Of a stretch of DNA of 64,000 nucleotides, positions 19,568 to 32,098 are shown one piece after another; the first letter of the stretch is position 1; the number at the start of each line of letters is the position of its first letter. Position numbers and translations under genes: made by a program. Origin of the DNA: Advenella sp. (GTDB lineage Bacteria > Pseudomonadota > Gammaproteobacteria > Burkholderiales > Burkholderiaceae_B). The notes under the pieces were generated by a model that saw only the letters and a list, made by a program, of their open reading frames with translations, did no database searches and was not told the origin of the DNA. The stretch spans positions 42,627-106,626 of the forward strand of contig JAVESC010000001.1 of the NCBI GenBank assembly GCA_034006805.1, in the 5' to 3' direction.

Positions 19568-21043
19568 GTGACAAGTAGAAAACGATTGGTCAGTTACACG
19601 GTTGCGGCAGGATTACTGTTGACGGCAGCCATGCCTGCAGGGGCGCAAAAGGTATCGCATGAGCTTCCTTATGAAGAGTTGCAGCGTTTTGCGCGGGTCT
19701 TTGCCGCCGTTAAAAACAATTATGTTGAACCGGTTTCAAGCCAGGCGCTTATTGCATCAGCCATTAAAGGCATGGTCAACGACCTGGATCCGCATTCTTC
19801 TTTCCTCGATGAGGAAGAGTTCGAGGAAATGAAAGAATCTACCGATGGTGAGTTTGGTGGATTGGGTATAGAAATCGGTGTCGAGCAAGGCTTGGTTAAA
19901 ATTATTGCGCCCATTGAAGATACGCCGGCGGCCAAGGCCGGTATTATGCCCGGTGACCTGATTATAAAAATCAATGGAGAAAGCACCGAAGGCAAGCCCT
20001 TGAATGATGTTATCAAGCAGTTGCGTGGAGAGCCGGGTAGTGAAATTGTCCTGACGGTTAAAAGATCCTCTTCGGCAGAGCCCCTGGATTTTACAATTGT
20101 CCGGGACATTATCCAGATTCGCAGCGTACGCAGTAAACGCTTGCCCGATGATATTGCTTATGTGCGTGTTTCCCAGTTTCAGGAGCGTACCGGGGCCGAC
20201 CTGGCCCAGCACTTGAGCGATTTGGGTAAAGGTAAGCCCCCGAAAGGGCTGGTGCTTGATTTGCGTAATGACCCTGGTGGTTTGCTTAATGCAGCCATTG
20301 GGGTTTCCGCTGCTTTTATCGAGCCCAGTAAACTGGTGGTTTCAACCAAGGCCCGAGAGCAGGAAATGCAGCGTTATCTGGCAGTGCCTTCAGAATATGC
20401 ACCCGATGAATCCGATTACCTGAAAAACCTGCCCGACTGGACCCGCACGGTTCCTATGGTGGTGCTTATTAACGTAGGCTCTGCTTCGGCCTCTGAAATT
20501 GTGGCAGGTGCTTTGCAAGATTACCAGCGTGCCACCATTATGGGTAACCGCAGTTTTGGCAAGGGTTCGGTACAGGTGGTCATGCCATTAGATGATAATA
20601 CCGGCATTAAATTAACCACCGCCCGTTATTACACGCCGCTTGGGCGCTCTATACAGGCCACCGGTATCGAACCGGATATTATTGTTTCCGATACAAAAAC
20701 CGGCGATTTGTTCAGCTTCCCCCGAGAGGCCGATTTAAGTGATCACTTGAACAATGAGCAGGTTTCTGAAGCAGGCTCAAAAGATAAGGCTAAGGCGGAC
20801 AAGGACAGTAAAGTGCTTAAAGAGCCCGAGGAAATGTTTGAGTTTGGCTCTGATAAAGATTTCCAGTTGCAGCAGGCGCTTAACCATTTAACCGGTAAAA
20901 AGGTGGATCAGGGGGTTATTACCAAAGAAAAGCCCAAAGGCCTGAGCAAAGAAGAAATGGAAGCGGTCAAGCCGTCAGACAGCAATGATGGCAGTGAGTC
21001 TGGCGATAAAAACGATAAAAGCGGTGAAAAGCAGAATAAGTAA
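19568..21043 (+). CDS. ctpA: Carboxy-terminal processing protease (S41 family, PDZ domain)
   Basis: GSASASEIVAGALQD (Ser) and FGKGSVQ (Lys) catalytic motifs. PDZ motif GLGIEIG. I prefer the GTG start at 19568, just before the signal-like LLLTAAMPAGA. Confidence 0.88.
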   Translation: MTSRKRLVSYTVAAGLLLTAAMPAGAQKVSHELPYEELQRFARVFAAVKNNYVEPVSSQALIASAIKGMVNDLDPHSSFLDEEEFEEMKESTDGEFGGLGIEIGVEQGLVKIIAPIEDTPAAKAGIMPGDLIIKINGESTEGKPLNDVIKQLRGEPGSEIVLTVKRSSSAEPLDFTIVRDIIQIRSVRSKRLPDDIAYVRVSQFQERTGADLAQHLSDLGKGKPPKGLVLDLRNDPGGLLNAAIGVSAAFIEPSKLVVSTKAREQEMQRYLAVPSEYAPDESDYLKNLPDWTRTVPMVVLINVGSASASEIVAGALQDYQRATIMGNRSFGKGSVQVVMPLDDNTGIKLTTARYYTPLGRSIQATGIEPDIIVSDTKTGDLFSFPREADLSDHLNNEQVSEAGSKDKAKADKDSKVLKEPEEMFEFGSDKDFQLQQALNHLTGKKVDQGVITKEKPKGLSKEEMEAVKPSDSNDGSESGDKNDKSGEKQNK

Positions 21044-21798
21044 TGGATGATTCGCAGTTATTACGTTATGCCCGGCATCTGATGCTGGATGAAATTGGCA
21101 TTGAAGGCCAGCAGAAAATCATGACGTCACGGGTGTTGGTGGTAGGCGTTGGAGGGCTGGGTTCTCCGGCAGCCGCTTATCTGGCGGCGGCGGGGGTTGG
21201 CCAGCTGGTGCTGGTTGATGACGACCAGGTGGAATTAAGCAATTTGCAGCGGCAAATTTTGCATACCACCGGGCGGATAGGCCAGCCCAAGGTGGAATCG
21301 GCCCGGCAGGCTTTGCAGGCCCTGAACCCCGAACCCCTTATAGAATGCCATGCCCGGCGCCTTGACGGGCCAGGCTTGCTGGAATTGGCCAAAAATGCTG
21401 ATGTGGTGCTTGACTGTACCGACAACTTCACGACCCGGCATCATATTAACCGGGCTTGTGTGGCCCTGAAAAAACCGCTGGTGTCGGGGGCGGCCATCCG
21501 TTTTGACGGACAAGTGGCTGTTTATGACCTGCGTCATGATGATGCAACCTGTTATGCCTGCCTGTTTGATCCTTCAGATAACCTGGCCCCTGACAACTGC
21601 GCCACCTTAGGGGTGTTTGCCCCGCTGGTGGGTATTATTGGCAGCATGCAGGCTGCCGAAGCCCTGAAGCTGCTGGTTGGCATGCCCGCCGGCCTGGACG
21701 GGCGTTTGCTACAGTTTGATGCGCGCACCATGCAATGGCACGCGATGCAGGTGCATAAAAACCCGCAGTGCCAGGTATGCGGGTTGGCGCAGGCTTAA
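21043..21798 (+). CDS. moeB: Molybdopterin-synthase adenylyltransferase MoeB (ThiF family)
   Basis: GVGGLGSP nucleotide loop and CYAC..CQVC zinc cysteines. TAATG overlap with ctp. Confidence 0.88.
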   Translation: MDDSQLLRYARHLMLDEIGIEGQQKIMTSRVLVVGVGGLGSPAAAYLAAAGVGQLVLVDDDQVELSNLQRQILHTTGRIGQPKVESARQALQALNPEPLIECHARRLDGPGLLELAKNADVVLDCTDNFTTRHHINRACVALKKPLVSGAAIRFDGQVAVYDLRHDDATCYACLFDPSDNLAPDNCATLGVFAPLVGIIGSMQAAEALKLLVGMPAGLDGRLLQFDARTMQWHAMQVHKNPQCQVCGLAQA

Positions 21799-23568
21799 TT
21801 AGGCCGGTATTGGCGCCAGCACGCACTCGTTAAGCACGGGCGGGTTCAGGGGTACGGTAAAGCTTCTTAGCTCATCACGCCTGAACACATGTACCAGAAT
21901 GTTTTGCCCTGCCTGATAGCGTTTTAACAGGGTATCCAGATTATCCGCCTCTACCTTAATGCCATCAATGGCCACCAGGGTGTCACCGGCACTTAACCCG
22001 GCCTTGTGGGCTGCGCCATTTTCAATCACGCTGCCAATCTGGCAAGCATTGCCAGCCACCTTGGTAAGAATATCCAGTGATGGTGTTGGTGTGTTACTGC
22101 TGCTTTTCCAGCTTAATGTCAGGTTCTGACCGGCCAGCAGTGCTTTTAAGGGGATATCTTCGGTGCCATGGGCATAGCGGGCAATGTAGTCGCTGGCATC
22201 AACCCCGGTGGCGCTTTGGATGATTGAAGCCAGTTCATCTTCTTTCAGGCCATCGGCGGATTTGCCGAAGAAGTCGCGGCCATAGCGTTGCCATAAAAGC
22301 CTCATCACGTCATCCAGTGATTTTTCATTTTGGGTGGCGTTGCGGATGGTCAGGTCAAGGCCCAGGGCAACCAGTGCGCCTTTGCTGTAGTAGCTCACGA
22401 TGGCATTGGGGGCGTTTTCATCCTGCTTGTAAAACTTGGTCCAGGCGTCAAAAGAACTTTGCGCCACGCTTTGCTTGAAGCGTCCTGGCCGGGTAGAGAC
22501 ATTGGCAATGGTTTTGCCCAGCTGGGCCAGGTATTGTTCCTGCGTGAGCAGGCCGGCCCTGAACAGGGTCAGGTCATCATAATAAGACGTGAAGCCTTCA
22601 AACACCCATAGCAGGCTGGTGTGGTTTTCAGTGTAAAGGTTATAGGGTGCAAATGCTTTAGGCTTAATACGCTTTACATGCCAGGTATGGAAATACTCAT
22701 GGCTGACCAGACCCAGGAAATTACGGTATTGTTCGCTTTGTTCGGGATTTCCAAGGGTGGGCAAATCGTTGCGCGATGCCATTAAGGCCGTAGAGGCGCG
22801 ATGCTCGAGGCCACCGTAATCTTTGCCGGTAACCATGGTCATGAATACATAGCGGTCGGATGAATCCAGGAAAGGGGCTTGATGCGTGTCGGGTTCAAAA
22901 AACTTGATTTGGTATTCGCAAATGCGGGCAGTGTCTGCGGCAATGCGTTTCAGGTCCAGGTTGGGGATCTGGCCGGTAAAAACCATTTCATGCGTGGCGC
23001 CACAAACCTTGAAAGAGATGGTTTGTGGTGTGCCCATTTCAACCGGGTGGTCTATTAAAGCATCATAGTTGGGGGCCAGGTACATGCCAAAGCCGTGGCG
23101 TGTGGCGCAGCCGGGGTGTTTTTTGGCTTCGGGCAGGCTGGTATACACTTTCCAGTTTTTAATGCTTTTAGGCGCTTTAATGTTGAGCAGGCAAGGCAGG
23201 TCTTCCTGGCCGTGAACGTGCAGGAAAACACTGGTGCCATTGAAAAAACCATGGGTTTCATCTAGGTGGGCGCTGCGGACCGATAAGTCCCAGGCGTAAA
23301 CAGTGTAGGTAATATGCAACGTTCCCTGGCAGGCTTCTATTTGCCAGCTGTTGTTATCGGCTTTTTCAATGCGCAGTTTTTTGTTGCCACAGCGGGCCTC
23401 GATGCTTTCTATATTGCGGGAAAAATCCCTGATCAGGTAACTGCCGGGAATCCAGGACGGCAGGGAAACCTTCTGGCCCTTGGGGTTGGGGGCGGGAATG
23501 GCAATTTCCACATAAAAGCGGTGGCCGGCAGGATCTTTGGGGGTAATGGTATAAATAATTTCGTTCAT
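21799..23568 (-). CDS. M61 glycyl aminopeptidase family metalloprotease with C-terminal PDZ domain
   Basis: HEYFHTW zinc motif and a PDZ-like C-terminus GLSAGDTLVAIDG. The start is taken at MNEIIYTITPKD (23568). Confidence 0.8.
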   Translation of the reverse strand: MNEIIYTITPKDPAGHRFYVEIAIPAPNPKGQKVSLPSWIPGSYLIRDFSRNIESIEARCGNKKLRIEKADNNSWQIEACQGTLHITYTVYAWDLSVRSAHLDETHGFFNGTSVFLHVHGQEDLPCLLNIKAPKSIKNWKVYTSLPEAKKHPGCATRHGFGMYLAPNYDALIDHPVEMGTPQTISFKVCGATHEMVFTGQIPNLDLKRIAADTARICEYQIKFFEPDTHQAPFLDSSDRYVFMTMVTGKDYGGLEHRASTALMASRNDLPTLGNPEQSEQYRNFLGLVSHEYFHTWHVKRIKPKAFAPYNLYTENHTSLLWVFEGFTSYYDDLTLFRAGLLTQEQYLAQLGKTIANVSTRPGRFKQSVAQSSFDAWTKFYKQDENAPNAIVSYYSKGALVALGLDLTIRNATQNEKSLDDVMRLLWQRYGRDFFGKSADGLKEDELASIIQSATGVDASDYIARYAHGTEDIPLKALLAGQNLTLSWKSSSNTPTPSLDILTKVAGNACQIGSVIENGAAHKAGLSAGDTLVAIDGIKVEADNLDTLLKRYQAGQNILVHVFRRDELRSFTVPLNPPVLNECVLAPIPA

Positions 23569-23671
23569 CAGGATTTTTAATGTTTGTATATATTCAGACA
23601 GAGTAACTATAACAAACTGGCTACAATACCTCAGGAAAAAACAGATTATCGACAACTTACAGGAGGGTAGT

Positions 23672-24451
23672 ATGTCAGAGCAATTGGTATTGACGAAAAT
23701 TGATGGCGGTGTAGGGGTATTAAGCTTGAACCGTCCCAAAGTACTTAACGCACTTAGCAACGAAGTCATGGAAGCGCTGGGCGAAGCATTGCTGGCACTG
23801 GAAAATAATGACGATGTGGGTGCCATTGTGCTAACCGGTAATGAAAAAGCCTTTGCCGCAGGTGCCGATATTTCAGCCATGAAAGACTGGTCTTACATGG
23901 ATGTGTATAAAAGCAACTATATTGGTGGCCCATGGGAAACCATTAAAAATGCCATTCGCAAGCCCGTGATTGCAGCGGTTTCCGGTTATGCGTTGGGCGG
24001 TGGTTGTGAACTGGCCATGATGTGTGATTTCATTATTGCGGCCGACAACGCCAAATTCGGCCAGCCCGAAATCAAGTTGGGTACCATTCCCGGGCTGGGG
24101 GGTACACAACGACTGACGAGGGCTATCGGGAAATCAAAAGCCATGGATATGGTCCTGACTGGTAGAATGATGGACGCAAAAGAGGCGGAAAGTGCCGGCC
24201 TGGTTTCACGAGTCCTGCCCCTTGAGAATTTCCTCGAGGAAGTGGTCAAGGTGGCCCAGGGCATTGCCACGCTGTCAACGCCTGTGGTCATGATGGCAAA
24301 ACAATGTGTGAATGCCGCACAGGAAACCACCCTTGAACAGGGCCTGCAATATGAAAGGCGTGTATTTCATGCAACATTTGCAATCCAGGATCAAAAAGAG
24401 GGAATGAACGCATTTATTGAGAAACGTCAGGCAAACTTCAGAAATATGTAA
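23672..24451 (+). CDS. Short-chain enoyl-CoA hydratase (crotonase family)
   Basis: 259 aa with KAFAAGADI oxyanion motif and GYALGGGCELAMMCD. Confidence 0.9.
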   Translation: MSEQLVLTKIDGGVGVLSLNRPKVLNALSNEVMEALGEALLALENNDDVGAIVLTGNEKAFAAGADISAMKDWSYMDVYKSNYIGGPWETIKNAIRKPVIAAVSGYALGGGCELAMMCDFIIAADNAKFGQPEIKLGTIPGLGGTQRLTRAIGKSKAMDMVLTGRMMDAKEAESAGLVSRVLPLENFLEEVVKVAQGIATLSTPVVMMAKQCVNAAQETTLEQGLQYERRVFHATFAIQDQKEGMNAFIEKRQANFRNM

Positions 24452-24530
24452 TTAAACATGCATTCAGGTTTGCTCAAGCTGTAAAAAATAAGTTATACTC
24501 TCAAGGCTTGACATATTGCGAAACCTTATT

Positions 24531-24986
24531 ATGACTACAATACATAATAAGTACGCGTACTTGGGTAGTTCTGAAGACACCGTACTTAAGCTGAATAAGG
24601 CTGAAAAAGCCAGACTTAATGCAAACTCTGCCAAAGGGCTTGTAAATATAGTGCTGGCCCAGTTTGGTTTGCTGGCAGTAGTAGTGGTGTTGTGCTGGAT
24701 GGCATCTGGCGTTCCTGCGGCAGTGTCGGCATTGGCCGGCGGCATGGCTTACCTGGTGCCAACAGTGCTTTTTGTGCTGCATATGTTAATAAAGCTTTAT
24801 AGCGGTTCAAATGCAAGCGTGCTGACGTTTTTCTGGGGTGAAGCATTCAAACTCGGGGGAACCATAGCTTTGCTTGCGTTAATAGTAAAATTATCCGGAA
24901 CCATGCTGGTTTGGCCAGCATTGCTAATTGGCCTGGTTGCGGTATTAAAGGGATATGTATTGTTACTGGCTTTTAAAAAGCTCTAG
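24531..24986 (+). CDS. atpI: ATP synthase protein I
   Basis: Small hydrophobic protein immediately upstream of atpB. ATG 24531 is preferred to the track start TTG 24516. Confidence 0.7.
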   Translation: MTTIHNKYAYLGSSEDTVLKLNKAEKARLNANSAKGLVNIVLAQFGLLAVVVVLCWMASGVPAAVSALAGGMAYLVPTVLFVLHMLIKLYSGSNASVLTFFWGEAFKLGGTIALLALIVKLSGTMLVWPALLIGLVAVLKGYVLLLAFKKL

Positions 24987-25052
24987 TAACAATCATTGGG
25001 AAAGAATGTAATTGCAGCCTAACGGGCTGCCAAATCGTGGAGTACGAATCAA

Positions 25053-25940
25053 ATGGCTGCACCTGCAGATGTCTCGCCTCAGTCATATTATGTTCAGCAT
25101 CACCTTGTCCATTTCAATAACGTCGGAGAAGGACAGGCCAACATTGTAGACTTTGGTGTTATCAACTATGACTCCATCTTCTGGTCTGTTGCAATGGGTT
25201 TGCTGGTAGTTGGTTTTCTCTGGAGGGCCGCGCGTCACGCCACTTCTGGTGTCCCCGGGCGTTTTCAGGGTGCTGTTGAAATGATCGTAGACATGGTCAA
25301 CGATCAGGCAAAAAGCATTATTCACAATACTGAGTCGCGTAAATATGTTGCCCCATTGGCGTTAACCATATTTTTGTGGATCACGCTCATGAACGTGCTT
25401 GACTTGATCCCTGTCGATATGCTTCCTTCGGTACTTGGCTGGCTAGGTCTTGCCGGAGACGCCAATGCACCAGGCCCTCTGTACTATCATCGTATTCTTC
25501 CAACTGCCGACCTGAACGTGCCTATGGGTATGTCTCTGGGGGTTTTGTTGCTGTCTATTTATTACGGCTTCAAAATCAAAAATCCAGGTGGTTTTGTTAA
25601 AGATCTGTTCACCGCTCCTTTCCATTCAAGTGGTATTGGTGCAATTATTCTGGCACCCGCCAACTTCGCATTAAACGTCATCGAGTATGCTGCTAAAACA
25701 GTCTCTCTGGCCATGCGGTTGTTTGGTAATATGTTTGCCGGCGAACTTGTATTTATGCTCATCGCCCTGTTGGGCGGTGCATGGACAGGATTCAATGCAA
25801 TGAGTATTGGATTGGGCGTCGGCCATGTTCTGGCTGGCTCCATCTGGGCAATTTTCCATATTATGATTATTTTGCTCCAGGCGTTCATTTTCATGATGCT
25901 GACACTGGTTTATATCGGTCAGGCACATGAAGGGCATTAA
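25053..25940 (+). CDS. atpB: F0F1 ATP synthase subunit a
   Basis: 295 aa with the conserved [13 protein letters not shown] arginine motif. Confidence 0.95.
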   Translation: MAAPADVSPQSYYVQHHLVHFNNVGEGQANIVDFGVINYDSIFWSVAMGLLVVGFLWRAARHATSGVPGRFQGAVEMIVDMVNDQAKSIIHNTESRKYVAPLALTIFLWITLMNVLDLIPVDMLPSVLGWLGLAGDANAPGPLYYHRILPTADLNVPMGMSLGVLLLSIYYGFKIKNPGGFVKDLFTAPFHSSGIGAIILAPANFALNVIEYAAKTVSLAMRLFGNMFAGELVFMLIALLGGAWTGFNAMSIGLGVGHVLAGSIWAIFHIMIILLQAFIFMMLTLVYIGQAHEGH

Positions 25941-26076
25941 GATTTAACGTCCCGGTTTTACATACAATTCCGGGATGTTTTTTCTTGCAAATTGCATCAT
26001 TTAATTTTTTAACTGGTCTGTTTGCTTTGTTTTTAGTAGTTTTTTTTCCATCTTTAAATTTGTTTTAGGTTCATAA

Positions 26077-26334
<258 letters not shown>

Positions 26335-26488
26335 TACAGTAAACGTCTATACCATCTGTTGATGGGGTGTGAACTGGATGGAGATGCAGGCCTTATGGTT
26401 TATAAATAAGGTCTGCATATGACAGAGTTCAATAAATTTCGGGTTTTGTAATATCGCAAAGCCTTAACATAGTAGAAGGGAAACGACC

Positions 26489-26959
26489 GTGAATTTAAAC
26501 GCGACGCTCTTTTTCCAGACGCTCGTTTTCTTTGTATTGGCATGGTTCACAATGCGATTTGTGTGGCCGCCACTTACAAAGGCAATAGACGAACGTCGTC
26601 AGAAAATTGCAGATGGTTTGGCCGCTGCCGATAAAGGCAAGGCAGACTTGGCTCAGGCCCAGGCTCGAATCAGTCTGATTGAAGCATCTGCGAAATCAGA
26701 AAATCACGCCAGGCTGGCAGATGCAGAAAAACAGGCTGCTTCTATTGTAGAAGCCGCACGTGGCGAAGCCGAATCTGAACGCGCCCGTATTCTTGCGCAG
26801 GCTAAACAGGACGCCGAGCTGGAAGTGGAACGTGCCCGTCAGGGGTTGCGTGAAGAAGTTGCCTCTCTGGCCGTTAAAGGTGCAGAGAAGATTCTTCAGC
26901 GTGAGGTAAATGCAAAAACACATGCTGAGTTGTTGAATCAACTTAAAGCACAGCTTTAA
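26489..26959 (+). CDS. atpF: F0F1 ATP synthase subunit b
   Basis: 156 aa with an N-terminal TM helix followed by a long charged helix. GTG start preceded by gaaggga. Confidence 0.92.
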   Translation: MNLNATLFFQTLVFFVLAWFTMRFVWPPLTKAIDERRQKIADGLAAADKGKADLAQAQARISLIEASAKSENHARLADAEKQAASIVEAARGEAESERARILAQAKQDAELEVERARQGLREEVASLAVKGAEKILQREVNAKTHAELLNQLKAQL

Positions 26960-26971
26960 ACCGGGATTATC

Positions 26972-27514
26972 ATGGCTGAATTATCAACAATTGCCCGCCC
27001 ATATGCAGAAGCTTTATTTGCTGCGGCCAAAAAAGACCAGGGCGGTTTGGCTGCATGGTCTGAGGCTGTTAGCGAGTTGGCACAGGTTTCAAATGTGCCG
27101 GACGTGTTAGAAGCGATGTCCGATCCAAGATTAAGCAAAGATCAACGTAAACAGTTGTTCCCCGCATTGGTTAAGTCTCCGTTGTCACAAGAAATGCGGA
27201 ATTTTATCAACCTGCTCGTGGATAACGATCGATTAATGCTATTGCCCGAGATCGCGGAGCAATTTAAAGAACTGAAAAATCGCCATGAGGGTTCTGCCAG
27301 TGCAGAAATCGCAAGTGCTTTCGAATTAAGCGATGCGCAAATTCAGGAGTTGCTTGTTGGTCTCGAGAAAAAATTTGGCTTCAAACTGAAGCCGGTTGTC
27401 ACTGTCGATAAATCACTTATTGGTGGTGTCCGAGTCACAGTGGGCGATCAGGTATTAGATACTTCCGTGCAAGCTCAATTGGCTCGCTTGCGCGATACAT
27501 TGGCCGCTGCATAA
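26972..27514 (+). CDS. atpH: F0F1 ATP synthase subunit delta
   Basis: 180 aa starting ARPYAEALF, in the expected operon position. Confidence 0.92.
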   Translation: MAELSTIARPYAEALFAAAKKDQGGLAAWSEAVSELAQVSNVPDVLEAMSDPRLSKDQRKQLFPALVKSPLSQEMRNFINLLVDNDRLMLLPEIAEQFKELKNRHEGSASAEIASAFELSDAQIQELLVGLEKKFGFKLKPVVTVDKSLIGGVRVTVGDQVLDTSVQAQLARLRDTLAAA

Positions 27515-27547
27515 GCGCCAGAATAACAGGATTTCAGGAGTCTGAAT

Positions 27548-29089
27548 ATGCAACTCAATCCGTCAGAAATCAGCGAATTGCTTAAGAGCCGTATCGAAGG
27601 CTTGGGCACTTCTGCTGATGTTCGCACACAAGGTACGGTCGTTTCCGTAACCGACGGTATTACACGTGTCCACGGTTTATCCGATGTGATGCAAGGCGAA
27701 ATGCTTGAATTTCCAAACAACGTTTTTGGACTCGCTCTCAACCTCGAGCGTGATTCAGTTGGTGCGGTTATTTTAGGTGATTATACAGGTGTGTCCGAAG
27801 GTGACCCTGTGAAAACAACCGGCCGCATTCTTGAAGTGCCCGTTGGTCCCGAATTGCGTGGTCGCGTTGTCAATACATTAGGTCAACCTATCGATGGCAA
27901 AGGTCCAATCAATGCCAAAGAAACCGATATTATCGAAAAAGTGGCACCCGGCGTTATTGCCCGCCAGTCAGTTTCACAGCCACTGCAAACCGGTGTTAAA
28001 GCGATTGACTCAATGGTACCGGTTGGCCGTGGTCAGCGCGAGCTGATCATTGGTGACCGTCAAACAGGTAAAACTGCGGTTGCCATTGATGCCATCATTA
28101 ACCAGAAAGGCCAAAACGTTACTTGCGTTTATGTTGCTATCGGTCAAAAAGCATCCACCATCAATAACGTGGTTCGCAAGCTTGAAGAACACGGCGCCAT
28201 GGAATACACCATCGTTGTCGCTGCAACCGCTTCCGATTCTGCCGCCATGCAGTACCTGGCTCCTTATGCCGGTTGTACCATGGGCGAATACTTCCGCGAT
28301 CGTGGTGAAGATGCCCTGATCGTTTATGATGACCTTACCAAGCAGGCATGGGCATACCGTCAGGTATCATTGCTGTTGCGTCGCCCACCAGGCCGTGAAG
28401 CCTATCCCGGTGACGTTTTCTACCTGCACTCCCGCTTGCTTGAGCGTGCTGCCCGTGTTAACGATCAGTACGTTGAAAAATTCACGAATGGTGCCGTAAA
28501 AGGCAAAACAGGTTCCCTTACCGCCCTGCCCATTATTGAAACGCAGGCCGGTGACGTTTCCGCTTTCGTTCCAACCAACGTAATTTCCATTACCGACGGT
28601 CAGATCTTCCTGGAAACAGACTTGTTCAACGCGGGTGTCCGTCCTGCGATTAACGCGGGTATTTCCGTGTCTCGTGTGGGTGGTGCTGCCCAAACCAAAG
28701 TCATCAAGAAACTGTCTGGCGGTATTCGTACCGACTTGGCCCAGTATCGTGAATTGGCTGCGTTTGCCCAGTTTGCCTCTGACCTTGACGAAGCCACCCG
28801 CCGTCAGCTTGAGCGTGGTAAACGTGTTGTTGAACTGCTGAAACAGCCCCAGTACCAGCCTTTGAAAGTATGGGAGCTGGCTGTATCACTGTTTGCCGTA
28901 AACAATGGTCACCTGGATGATATCGATGTTGAAAAAATTCTGTCTTTCGAGAAAGGTCTCAAAGACGAATTGAAAGCCAAGCAAAGTGCTTTGGTTGATC
29001 GCATTGAAGAAACCAAAGAGCTTTCTAAAGATGACGAAGCTGCCTTGAAAGAAGCAGTTCTCGCATTCAAGAAGAACGGTACTTACTAA
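27548..29089 (+). CDS. atpA: F0F1 ATP synthase subunit alpha
   Basis: Walker A GDRQTGKT, 513 aa. Confidence 0.97.
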   Translation: MQLNPSEISELLKSRIEGLGTSADVRTQGTVVSVTDGITRVHGLSDVMQGEMLEFPNNVFGLALNLERDSVGAVILGDYTGVSEGDPVKTTGRILEVPVGPELRGRVVNTLGQPIDGKGPINAKETDIIEKVAPGVIARQSVSQPLQTGVKAIDSMVPVGRGQRELIIGDRQTGKTAVAIDAIINQKGQNVTCVYVAIGQKASTINNVVRKLEEHGAMEYTIVVAATASDSAAMQYLAPYAGCTMGEYFRDRGEDALIVYDDLTKQAWAYRQVSLLLRRPPGREAYPGDVFYLHSRLLERAARVNDQYVEKFTNGAVKGKTGSLTALPIIETQAGDVSAFVPTNVISITDGQIFLETDLFNAGVRPAINAGISVSRVGGAAQTKVIKKLSGGIRTDLAQYRELAAFAQFASDLDEATRRQLERGKRVVELLKQPQYQPLKVWELAVSLFAVNNGHLDDIDVEKILSFEKGLKDELKAKQSALVDRIEETKELSKDDEAALKEAVLAFKKNGTY

Positions 29090-29156
29090 GACCTGGTAGG
29101 GTGCAAGATCAACATCCTGCACCCTTGTTTTGCAAAACCGTCTAACAGGAAGGCTT

Positions 29157-30059
29157 ATGGCTGGAATTAAGGAAATCCGTACTCAGATCAAGAGTGTGCA
29201 AAACACTCGCAAGATCACCAAAGCAATGGAAATGGTTGCTGCTTCCAAAATGCGCAAAGCGCAGGAAAGAATGCGCACTGGCCGTCCCTATGCCACTAAA
29301 GTACGTGAAATTGCTACGCACATGATGCAGACGCATCCTGAGTACTCTCATCCTTATCTGGAAGAGCGTAAAGACCTCAAGGCTGTCGGCGTTGTGGTGA
29401 TAAGTACAGATAAAGGTCTGTGTGGGGGCTTGAATACCAACATACAGCGTCTTGTCTTGTCACGCTTTAAAGAATTTGATGCCCAGGGCATTAAGGTTCA
29501 GGCAACTGCCCTGGGCAATAAAGGCCTGGGCTTTTTAACGCGAATTGGTGCAAACCTGGTTTCTCAGGAAGTGCAGTTGGGTGATACCCCAAGTCTGGAG
29601 CGTCTGATCGGTGCACTGAAAGTGCAGTTTGATGCTTATATGGATGGCACGATTGATGCTTTATATGTTGCAACGAATATGTTCGTCAACACCATGAAGC
29701 AGGAACCTTCGTTTATTCGTTTGCTGCCTCTGCCCGATGGTCTTGCTGATCCTTTCCAGACTGTTCTGGATGAAGAGTCTCAGCTTCCCAAGGCTTCATA
29801 TAAGTGGGATTACATTTTCGAACCCGATGCAAAATCAGTCATTGATGACTTATTGCATCGCTATGTAGAAAGCGTAGTCTACCAGGCAGTAGCAGAAAAT
29901 ATGGCGTCTGAGCAGTCTGCCCGAATGGTGGCAATGAAAGCTGCATCAGATAATGCGAAAACAGTAATTGGTGATCTGGAACTGGTTTATAACAAAACCC
30001 GTCAGGCGGCAATTACTAAAGAAATTTCAGAAATCGTGGGGGGAGCTGCAGCCGTTTAA
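29157..30059 (+). CDS. atpG: F0F1 ATP synthase subunit gamma
   Basis: Canonical [37 protein letters not shown]-terminus. ATG 29157 lies inside the longer track ORF. Confidence 0.95.
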   Translation: MAGIKEIRTQIKSVQNTRKITKAMEMVAASKMRKAQERMRTGRPYATKVREIATHMMQTHPEYSHPYLEERKDLKAVGVVVISTDKGLCGGLNTNIQRLVLSRFKEFDAQGIKVQATALGNKGLGFLTRIGANLVSQEVQLGDTPSLERLIGALKVQFDAYMDGTIDALYVATNMFVNTMKQEPSFIRLLPLPDGLADPFQTVLDEESQLPKASYKWDYIFEPDAKSVIDDLLHRYVESVVYQAVAENMASEQSARMVAMKAASDNAKTVIGDLELVYNKTRQAAITKEISEIVGGAAAV

Positions 30060-30107
30060 GCCTTAAGGCTTGCAGGCTGTCAGTTTCTTTCAATCGTTAT
30101 TAAGTAA

Positions 30108-31514
<1,407 letters not shown>

Positions 31515-31527
31515 TTAAGGAATAGCT

Positions 31528-31953
31528 ATGGCTACTATACATGTTGATGTGGTAAGTGCAGAAGAATCGATTTTTGCCGGCAAGGCCAAATTCGTTGCTT
31601 TGCCTGGTGAAGCAGGTGAACTGGGTATTCTTCCCGGGCACACGCCACTGATCTCTCGTATCCGTCCCGGAACCGTGAAAATTGTTCGTGAAGACGGCTC
31701 TGAAGAGCTGGTATTTGTGGCTGGCGGCATCATTGAAGTTCAGCCGTATGGCGTAACAGTATTGTCTGATACGGCCATTCGTGCCGCAGACCTTGACGAA
31801 GCGAAAGCGGTCAAGGCGCGCGAACAGGCTGAAGAAGCGTTGCGTAATGCACGTGACAAGACAGAGATTGCTGTGGTTGAAGCCGAGTTGGCCATGCTGG
31901 CTGCTCAGGTTAGTGCCGCACGTCGCCTGACTCAAATGAAAAATCGCCACTAA
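31528..31953 (+). CDS. atpC: F0F1 ATP synthase subunit epsilon
   Basis: 141 aa, last gene of the operon, with beta-sandwich plus helical hairpin composition. Confidence 0.93.
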   Translation: MATIHVDVVSAEESIFAGKAKFVALPGEAGELGILPGHTPLISRIRPGTVKIVREDGSEELVFVAGGIIEVQPYGVTVLSDTAIRAADLDEAKAVKAREQAEEALRNARDKTEIAVVEAELAMLAAQVSAARRLTQMKNRH

Positions 31954-31970
31954 GCGACAAAAAGAAGTAT

Positions 31971-32000
31971 AAAAATAGCGCCTTCGGGCGCTATTTTTAT
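31971..32000 (+). terminator. Rho-independent terminator of the atp operon
   Basis: aaaaatagcgcc ttcg ggcgctattttt: a perfect 12-bp stem with a tetraloop, with the T run lying inside the 3' arm. Confidence 0.85.
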
Positions 32001-32098
32001 TGCTGGCCCAAAATGCCGGGGCGGAGACTGAATGTATAGAATGCAAAGCCTGTCTGGAAATTTGCCAGCAGGCTTTGTGGCCTATTATGTATTGTGCT

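Noticed and set aside
23569-23880. N-terminal 104-aa extension of the 693-aa track ORF for the M61 peptidase
   Set aside because: The extension is low-complexity Ser/Ala/Leu sequence and overlaps the divergent crotonase gene start. The conserved M61 N-terminus begins at MNEIIYTITPKD (23568).
24508-24513. TTGACA as the -35 element of the atp operon promoter
   Set aside because: It lies only 17 nt before the likely atpI ATG (24531) and no usable -10 follows, so it cannot drive that start. A weaker TTGCTC-17-TTATAC candidate at 24469-24497 is possible but unsupported.
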